Assembly: GCA_044352465.1 (NCBI GenBank) | Contig: JBILDU010000083.1 | Span: 1-13,604, forward strand | Origin: Bdellovibrionota bacterium | GTDB lineage: Bacteria; Bdellovibrionota_C; UBA2361 | DNA length: 13,604 nucleotides | Direction of reading: 5' to 3' | Shown here: in pieces, positions 8,227 through 13,604 of the stretch | How positions within the stretch are numbered: position 1 is the stretch's first letter | Layout of the letters: every line of letters begins with the position of its first letter | The notes under the pieces: model-generated | Told to the model about the DNA's origin: nothing | What the model saw: the letters and a program-made list of their open reading frames with translations, nothing else | The model's database searches: none | Position numbers and translations under genes: made by a program

Positions 8227-8628
8227 CTATTTGCGTGTTCGAAACGGCTCTACTACCCGTGGTCCGAAGCCGCCGCTGCGACCGCTTTGAGATGCTTGAG
8301 CCTCGGCACCTTCTATCTCTCCAGCTGGCGTGTCGCTTGCCGGAGCTACACGGACTTTTTCATGGAGCTGAATGTGGGGAATCTGGCAGAGTGAACGGGC
8401 CACGCTATCACGCTTCTCGGCCTGTTTCGCCCGCCACAGAAGCGCTTCATCGATCTCCTCCGAGCACCCCCGGCAGGTGAAGCTATCCCAGTTGAGCGCG
8501 GCGGCGAGGTTTAAGCAGGTATCGTAGTGGTCGCACCCGTAGCGGCGGCGTGGAGCTGAGATTGGGGCGTCGACGTTGCCGCAACCTTCGCTTTCGATAA
8601 TCTGAAAAGGGCCCGGTTTGCCTATCAT
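8227..8628 (-). CDS. Small Cys-rich hypothetical protein, putative Zn or Fe-S binding
   Basis: 133 aa ORF that fills the gap between flanking genes. It has an ordered core CDHYDTCLNLAAALNWDSFTCRGC (C32-x5-C38-x13-C52-x2-C55), additional C16 and C81, and a low-complexity C-terminal tail. Confidence 0.72.
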   Translation of the reverse strand: MIGKPGPFQIIESEGCGNVDAPISAPRRRYGCDHYDTCLNLAAALNWDSFTCRGCSEEIDEALLWRAKQAEKRDSVARSLCQIPHIQLHEKVRVAPASDTPAGEIEGAEAQASQSGRSGGFGPRVVEPFRTRK

Positions 8629-8665
8629 GGTCGCCGTTCTTTGACCGCTGTCACCGTACCCCCCA

Positions 8666-8693
8666 AACTTACATACTTCAGGGGCTAGATCAA
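8666..8693 (-). promoter_or_regulatory. Candidate sigma70-type promoter for the Cys-rich gene
   Basis: The minus strand reads TTGATC-N16-TAAGTT, ending about 37 nt upstream of the ATG at 8628. Confidence 0.3.
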
Positions 8694-8720
8694 ACCCTGC
8701 CCGATCGATTTTGCCTGGTG

Positions 8721-8767
8721 AGGCAGCTCTCCTGCCTTTGACAATGCTATCGTGCTGGAATCAATAT
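8721..8767 (+). promoter_or_regulatory. Candidate sigma70 promoter with an upstream inverted repeat for the 8794 gene
   Basis: Perfect TTGACA at 8738-8743 and a weak -10 (CAATAT, 8762-8767, 18-nt spacer). Inverted repeat AGGCAG-ctctc-CTGCCT at 8721-8737 abuts the -35. Confidence 0.4.
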
Positions 8768-8793
8768 GGGGTAGCGCGGAGTTAAGCTAGCCG

Positions 8794-9474
8794 ATGACTT
8801 CTCAAACGATCGAATTTGACTTGGTGAGTGAGGGTGGAGTAGGTCGACCGTTCGTGCTTATCTTTGAGGACGAGCGCGATGGTGCGTTTGCGCGAGCGAG
8901 CGCTGAATCGATCGCGGCGAAGAGTCGGTGTCTGGTCTTTCGCTCCCCGCGGGTGAGCGATGAAAATTGGGGCGCACTTACCGAGGCGCTGCGCGCCACG
9001 CTTCAATCCCGGGGGGTCCGCCAGGGCTCCTTTGTCGGTTTCGGTGCCGCGGGTGCGCTGGTGCAGAATCTCTGTTTGCTGGAGCCGCGGACGGTGCGTG
9101 CGGCAGTCCTTTTTCGGGCGTCATCGCGGGCCCATCCCCGTCTCATCGACCGGCTGGTAGATCGGCTCGAAGGTGCGTTGCCGCTCGGGCTACCGCTGCG
9201 GCGCGTGGTGCGGGGTTTCGATAGCCGTCCGTTCCTGCAACGAATCCGCTGCCCGGTGCTCGTGGTGAGCACCGCAGACGACTCGCTTGAAGAGCGGCGC
9301 GATGCCGCAACGATGGCCCGCCGTATGCCGACCGCATGGCAGATGACGTTGCAGGGCCGGAGTAAGTTGAGCGTCGACGGTGGGAGCGATGAGAGAACGG
9401 CTGAATTCGCCCAACTTGTGGTCGAGTTTAGCGAGGTTCCAGCGCGAGCTCCGCAGAAAGGTGCGGCAGCTTAG
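8794..9474 (+). CDS. Alpha/beta-hydrolase-fold protein, predicted catalytically inactive
   Basis: Fold-diagnostic segments are present: PFVLIF (beta3), SFVGFGAAGALV (nucleophile elbow), EPRTVRAAVL, FLQRIRCPVLVVSTADD and MARRMPTA. The elbow Ser is replaced by Gly and there is no C-terminal His. Confidence 0.75.
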   Translation: MTSQTIEFDLVSEGGVGRPFVLIFEDERDGAFARASAESIAAKSRCLVFRSPRVSDENWGALTEALRATLQSRGVRQGSFVGFGAAGALVQNLCLLEPRTVRAAVLFRASSRAHPRLIDRLVDRLEGALPLGLPLRRVVRGFDSRPFLQRIRCPVLVVSTADDSLEERRDAATMARRMPTAWQMTLQGRSKLSVDGGSDERTAEFAQLVVEFSEVPARAPQKGAAA

Positions 9475-9503
9475 AGCGATTTGCCCAGATATTTTTCACC
9501 ATT

Positions 9504-9526
9504 CGGCCCGTGGTTACACCGGGCCG
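9504..9526. terminator. GC-rich hairpin between convergent genes, possible terminator
   Basis: CGGCCC-GTG-gtta-CAC-c-GGGCCG lies between the stops at 9474 (+) and 9579 (-). No clear adjacent U-tract on either strand. Confidence 0.4.
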
Positions 9527-9578
9527 GCTCTGAGGTAACTAACGTATTGAGTGGGGCGCTCGCGGCGTGGAGGTCGCT

Positions 9579-10766
9579 TTATACCGCCTTCACGAGAGAG
9601 GCGTAACTGTCGTTACGTTCGAATTCGAGCTGTGCTTTGTTTTTAAGGATGAGGCGCGTTTCGTTGTACCCCCGTTCGATGAGCGCTGCGCTGTAGTCGC
9701 CATCGAGTGCCACGTAGCTCATCGCTTCAAAAGCGACCTCCTCTCCGAGCTTATTCTTAAGGAGTGAGAAGAGGGGCCAGATCGGTCCAACTGCAGCGAT
9801 AAATTTCTTGCGCGAGCTCGCGACGCACTGCCGCAGGAGTGGCCCGAGTGGTTCTTGGCACCGGAGGACAAGGGTGTCAGGCGGTCGAAGACAGAACGTC
9901 TCGAGACCGGCCGGCACCTCCCAGGTGGGGCGGGTATCGTGTGATTCGTTGTAGCGATCGAGCCAGTAGTTACGCCCCGAGATGTCGATGACGATTACCC
10001 GGCGTGCTCCGAGCCGAACCGCTGGGTCAACGGGGATGTTTTGCGAGATCCCACCATCCACGAGTCGCACCTTGCCGACGTCGGTGTCGATCTCGACCGG
10101 CGGAAGAACCGAGGGCAGCGCCGCGGAGGCGAATCCATGCTTCGCCGTGATGGCTTTGACGTTACATATATCGAAAGAGGCGCCCGCCATAAGCTCCGGT
10201 TCAACCGACTTGTGGGAGCTCAGAAACAGGAGCGGTTTCCGCTCGAGCCCCTCCTGTGTTGTCATCACCGCAACAGCGCTCAGGGTAGGGACCCTGTTCT
10301 CGGGGGTCAGTCCACCGTGGTCGTTGATGACCTGATCCACTCGTTGCATGAGGGGGCTCGGATCAAAGACCGCGTTGGAGGTTGCGTTGGGGCCCGGTGC
10401 CGCGTACTGGAGCGCCGCCATTCGAATCGCTCTAAAGAAAGCGCGCGAGGGGGAGCCGGAAAAGGTGTTACGAAAGTTCCGCTCGCGCCACATCTCAGTC
10501 AGTTGGTCGATCGATTGGGTAAGCCCGCTCCGGAGAGCCGCAGAAAAGACCAATCCGTTAACGGCACCGATGCTACTGCCCACCACCACTGAGATCGGGT
10601 GGGAGCTTTTCTGAATAAGGGGTTCGAGAGCGCGTAGCGCGCCAACTTGATAGGCGGCACGGGAGCCACCACCCGAGAGCACTAGACCGATCTCTCCGAC
10701 ATCGGCCGATAGCGACTTTGCAAATGAAATCGAAGGCTTATCTCCCTCTTGGGGGCGGCGACGCAT
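9579..10766 (-). CDS. Patatin-like phospholipase (~395 aa)
   Basis: Intact oxyanion motif LSGGGSRAAYQVG, nucleophile GSSIG, ASAALP and catalytic DGG. Start reassigned from 11783 to ATG 10766 (MRRRPQEGDK), because the longer frame crosses an AT-rich intergenic tract and runs antisense to another gene. Confidence 0.9.
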   Translation of the reverse strand: MRRRPQEGDKPSISFAKSLSADVGEIGLVLSGGGSRAAYQVGALRALEPLIQKSSHPISVVVGSSIGAVNGLVFSAALRSGLTQSIDQLTEMWRERNFRNTFSGSPSRAFFRAIRMAALQYAAPGPNATSNAVFDPSPLMQRVDQVINDHGGLTPENRVPTLSAVAVMTTQEGLERKPLLFLSSHKSVEPELMAGASFDICNVKAITAKHGFASAALPSVLPPVEIDTDVGKVRLVDGGISQNIPVDPAVRLGARRVIVIDISGRNYWLDRYNESHDTRPTWEVPAGLETFCLRPPDTLVLRCQEPLGPLLRQCVASSRKKFIAAVGPIWPLFSLLKNKLGEEVAFEAMSYVALDGDYSAALIERGYNETRLILKNKAQLEFERNDSYASLVKAV

Positions 10767-10774
10767 ACAACCAG

Positions 10775-10783
10775 TGGTATAAT
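10775..10783 (+). promoter_or_regulatory. Extended -10 promoter (TGnTATAAT) for the TPR-like gene
   Basis: TGGTATAAT is a perfect match, lying in the AT-rich divergent intergenic region about 95 nt upstream of ATG 10878. Confidence 0.6.
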
Positions 10784-10788
10784 CTACT

Positions 10789-10806
10789 GATAATATTATT
10801 ATTATC
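10789..10806. promoter_or_regulatory. AT-rich palindromic operator candidate, Fur-box-like
   Basis: GATAAT-ATTATT-ATTATC has inverted GATAAT ends and a perfect ATAATATTAT palindrome at 10790-10799. It overlaps the predicted start site of the extended -10 promoter. Confidence 0.45.
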
Positions 10807-10877
10807 GTCCCTTCGGCGTAAAAGTTAAAGCCCTGTTCTTTTTGATTAGCCCCAGGGACCGAATTAGAGTGGTCGCT

Positions 10878-12326
10878 ATGGTTAGTAACGGGCCAGTGAA
10901 CAAACCGTCGGGAAACGAGGGGGGGCGCCCTTTCTTCAACCTTTCGGCCGATGACGTCCGGGAGATACAGGGTCTTGCTGATCGAGCGTGCCGTGCAGCG
11001 GCTGAGGGGGACTTGGTGCAGAGTGAGACCTCTGCTGTCGCGGTTCTTCGTGCCGTGCGCCTTTATCCGCTCACCGATTATCCGCACTATCTTGCCCCGA
11101 GCGAAGGGATTACTCAGTTTGTTCCGGAGTCGATCCATCCGTTCATCGGTCGGGTGCTTGCGATTGAGGCGGTGCGGGTTCTCGGTCGAGGAGACCGCGC
11201 GGGGGCCTATAGTTTGGCGAGTGCGGGGGCTGAACTCGCCCCAGCTTCTTTGGATGTGCTGACGACGCTCCGTAGTGTTGTTCGCGCGAACATCTCTCAC
11301 GGAATCGCCGATCCGGCGGTCGCGTTTATTCAACTTGATCGTCTCGCCGGTGCGGGAGTTCGGTATCTCGAGGCGGCTTATGAGATTAAGGAGGGGCATG
11401 CGCCGCTCAATCTTATCGCGACCCGCGAGCGCCATCGTCTTCGCGCGCAACGTGAGATCGAGGGGGTGGTGCGTGATCATATCGCTGCAGCTGAGTCGGT
11501 GAGTTGGCATGCTGAGGTGGCCCATTCGCTGTATCTGCGCGGGGCGCAGATCGGACTCGCGGGGCTCCCCCTCGTAGGGCTTCCGGATGTCATGGCGGGT
11601 CTCACTGATCTCTATCGCCACAACGATCCGGTGGGACACGAGCTTGAGCCTGCGGTTGCTCACGGCACTGCGGCGCTGCTTGAGTCGATCGGGTGGGCGT
11701 ATCGGGGGGCGGAGCGCCCTCCGTTTGCTTTCGTGGTGTTCGCTCTCGCGGCGCGACTCGATCCGACAAGATCCGCGCTTCACGATGGTTTAATTGCGGC
11801 GCGCGAGACGTTACTTCATGCGCTCCGTCCCGATGCGGGGGCGGATGCCGAAGTGGCACGGGGTCTCGCCGCATGGAATGCCTATCGCACCCGCGAGATA
11901 TCCCTAGGCTGGAACTTCGGGGTACGGGGAAACGAGCTTTTTGCAGAGATGTTCTACCGGGTCAGAGATCTCGAGGTCTTTACCCTCGAACTTGCTCGGG
12001 CAGCGGCGCATGACTACGCGATAATCGACCAAGGTGGGGAGATCGCGGCGAGGCTGTATGTGAGCGCCGTGCCTGAGATCCTCGCCGCTTTGCAGAACCC
12101 TGACGTCCCATCTCCCGTGGTCTTAGCGGAGGCGCTGCGAGCGCGCACGTTGCTTCGTTACATTGAATCGCTGAATACGATACCGCGTGAGGTCTCGAAG
12201 CCGGCGCACCATCAGGCGGCGGATCTCCAAGAGATGATTGCCCGAATCGAACCGAGTCTCCCGGCTGATGCCATTCCCCGAGGAGAGGCTTTTTTCCGAG
12301 TTATTCGGACCCAACATAGCGCGTAG
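10878..12326 (+). CDS. Hypothetical all-alpha protein with degenerate TPR-like repeats (~482 aa)
   Basis: Long Ala/Leu-rich ORF with TPR-like units AALLESIGWAYRGAERPPFAFVVFALAARLDP (~11670-11771) and RVLAIEAVRVLGRGDRAGAYSLASAGAELAP (~11151-11250). ATG 10878 is preferred over the TTG at 10842. Confidence 0.7.
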   Translation: MVSNGPVNKPSGNEGGRPFFNLSADDVREIQGLADRACRAAAEGDLVQSETSAVAVLRAVRLYPLTDYPHYLAPSEGITQFVPESIHPFIGRVLAIEAVRVLGRGDRAGAYSLASAGAELAPASLDVLTTLRSVVRANISHGIADPAVAFIQLDRLAGAGVRYLEAAYEIKEGHAPLNLIATRERHRLRAQREIEGVVRDHIAAAESVSWHAEVAHSLYLRGAQIGLAGLPLVGLPDVMAGLTDLYRHNDPVGHELEPAVAHGTAALLESIGWAYRGAERPPFAFVVFALAARLDPTRSALHDGLIAARETLLHALRPDAGADAEVARGLAAWNAYRTREISLGWNFGVRGNELFAEMFYRVRDLEVFTLELARAAAHDYAIIDQGGEIAARLYVSAVPEILAALQNPDVPSPVVLAEALRARTLLRYIESLNTIPREVSKPAHHQAADLQEMIARIEPSLPADAIPRGEAFFRVIRTQHSA

Positions 12327-12424
12327 GTGTGGCGGCGAGTGGGAGGAGGAGATAATTTCCCTCGACTTTCGTATGTGGGATGGAGAAACCGGCGGTGGGC
12401 GCGCTAAGATGATGCTCGAGGAGC

Positions 12425-12447
12425 CTCTGACCAAGCAGTTGTCAGAG
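12425..12447. repeat. Inverted repeat/hairpin upstream of cmk
   Basis: CTCTGAC-caagcagtt-GTCAGAG (7-bp perfect arms). Confidence 0.5.
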
Positions 12448-12518
12448 CCCGGGAGGCGAAAAAACATCCGGCGTGGCTCTCAACGAGTATAAGTTTCGAG
12501 TAAGATCAGGAAAGCCTT

Positions 12519-13205
12519 ATGACTATCCCTTCGGATCGCCGCCTTGTAGTAACCGTTGATGGTCTCGCTGGTTCGGGGAAGACGAGCCTCTCGCGTGCGC
12601 TCGCGCGGGAACTCGGATGCGCCCACCTTAATTCAGGGCTCCTCTATCGTGGGGTGGGGTGGTTGTGTCTGCAAGCCGGGATCGATCTTGATGATGAGGG
12701 GGCGATAAAGCGAGTCCTCGATGCGCATACGGTCATGTTGCAGGGTGAGGGGGAGTTGCTCATCGATGGGGTTGATCGTGCGGCTGAACTCACCGTGCCA
12801 GCGGTCTCGGAGGCGACCTCAAAAACCTCCCGGTTTCCCCTGGTGCGGGGGTACCTTCTTGAGGCGCAGCGGTGCGCTTTTCCGGGGCAGGGGCTTGTCG
12901 CCGAGGGACGCGATATGGGAACGGTGGTGTTTCCGGACGCGCCCCATAAGTTCTTTGTTTCCGCGTCGGTCGAGGTACGGGTGCAGCGGCGGCTCACCCA
13001 ACTTGAAGAGAGTCGGGGACAGCTCTTTGATGAAGACGCGATCCGTCGAGAGATCATCGAACGGGATGAGCGTGATACAAATCGCACCGTTTCGCCGACC
13101 CGTCAGGCGACTGATGCGGTCGGAATCGATAATTCAAAGGGTTCGATCGGATTGACCGTTGCCGTCATGGCACGTCGAGTCCGTGAGCGGCACTTATCGC
13201 CGTAG
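12519..13205 (+). CDS. cmk: Cytidylate kinase ((d)CMP kinase)
   Basis: P-loop VTVDGLAGSGKT, then LNSGLLYR, VAEGRDMGTVVFPDA, ERDERD.R..SP and IDNS. 228 aa, with AGGA upstream of the ATG. Confidence 0.95.
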   Translation: MTIPSDRRLVVTVDGLAGSGKTSLSRALARELGCAHLNSGLLYRGVGWLCLQAGIDLDDEGAIKRVLDAHTVMLQGEGELLIDGVDRAAELTVPAVSEATSKTSRFPLVRGYLLEAQRCAFPGQGLVAEGRDMGTVVFPDAPHKFFVSASVEVRVQRRLTQLEESRGQLFDEDAIRREIIERDERDTNRTVSPTRQATDAVGIDNSKGSIGLTVAVMARRVRERHLSP

Positions 13206-13494
13206 CCGATCTGAGAAAAGATTTTCATAGTCAGTGCCATCAGACGTGGTGTAACTCCCCCGAGCGACGTTGAGCTGCCGCTGGACAGCGCGGGCGAGGC
13301 TCGAAATTTAAGAGAAATTCCTATAGTTGGGACCTTTCCACCGGCCGTCTTTGTCGAGGAAATTGGCCCTGATTCATTAATATCCTCGCTTGAGAAGCCG
13401 AACTCTAAATAAGCGAAATGAGTTGTCGGGATGGGGCGGTTGTGAAGACCGGTCTTAAACGATTTTAAAAAAGCGATATGGAGGTTGTGGGCCT

Positions 13495-13604
13495 ATGTCT
13501 ATCGGAGGTATCGGCGGTGGGAGTATAGATGAAAAAAAGAGAACAGTTTTGGCTCGCGCTCGATCAGCTAGCGGCTCGGTTGGTAGCGGTGGGGGGCACG
13601 GGGG
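13495..13604 (+). CDS. Probable N-terminus of a hypothetical protein running off the window end
   Basis: A strong SD (GGAGGT, 13480-13485) lies 9 nt before ATG 13495, and the frame MSIGGIGGGSIDEKKRTVLARARSASGSVGSGGGHG stays open to the end. An alternative start in another frame, ATG 13529 (MKKREQFWLALDQ..., GGGAG upstream), cannot be excluded. Confidence 0.45.
   Translation, partial: MSIGGIGGGSIDEKKRTVLARARSASGSVGSGGGHG

Noticed and set aside
8154..8480. 108-aa Cys-containing + strand ORF
   Set aside because: It is antisense to the better-supported 8227-8628 gene, whose Cys spacing is more ordered and which has a candidate promoter.
9579..10766. Patatin as a CBASS CapV-type anti-phage effector or a T6SS toxin
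   Set aside because: No CD-NTase, Cap2/Cap3, VgrG/PAAR or co-transcribed immunity gene is visible nearby. The GGGSRAAYQVG type resembles ordinary stand-alone bacterial patatins.
10767..11783. 339-aa N-terminal extension of the patatin ORF (734-aa call), suggesting a fusion or overlapping gene
   Set aside because: The extension is Arg-rich with no recognisable domain, lies antisense to the 10878 gene, and crosses the AT-rich promoter tract. It is most likely a shadow frame.
12238..12492. 84-aa ORF between the TPR-like gene and cmk
   Set aside because: It overlaps the upstream gene by 89 nt, has no recognisable motif, and spans a hairpin and probable promoter DNA.
1..13604. CRISPR array, tRNA/rRNA, transposase, integrase or prophage
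   Set aside because: I saw no regularly spaced direct repeats, tRNA-like cloverleaf, or recombinase/phage motifs, and composition looks uniform across the genes.

Overview
This is a bacterial chromosomal segment of roughly 60% GC with no mobile element, CRISPR array, tRNA or rRNA. Positions 1-8132 (+) hold a surface-glycan/glycolipid locus: a 5'-truncated Wzt-type ABC ATPase with a C-terminal carbohydrate-binding domain, a Wzm permease (atypical wzt-wzm order), two GT4 glycosyltransferases, a GT-C (PMT/ArnT-like) membrane glycosyltransferase fused to a discoidin/CBM32-like domain, an HX5D-type acyltransferase and an LPG-synthase-TM/flippase-like protein. Positions 8227-12326 hold four poorly characterised genes in two back-to-back divergent pairs. 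The first pair is a small Cys-rich protein and an alpha/beta-hydrolase-fold protein that has lost its catalytic residues. The second pair is an intact patatin-like phospholipase and a degenerate-TPR helical protein, separated by a perfect extended -10 and a Fur-box-like palindrome. An isolated cmk and the start of a further gene end the window. The best novelty candidates are the pseudo-hydrolase/Cys-protein/patatin/TPR block and the GT-C-CBM + acyltransferase + flippase module. All calls are by-eye motif recognition; no database searches were run.
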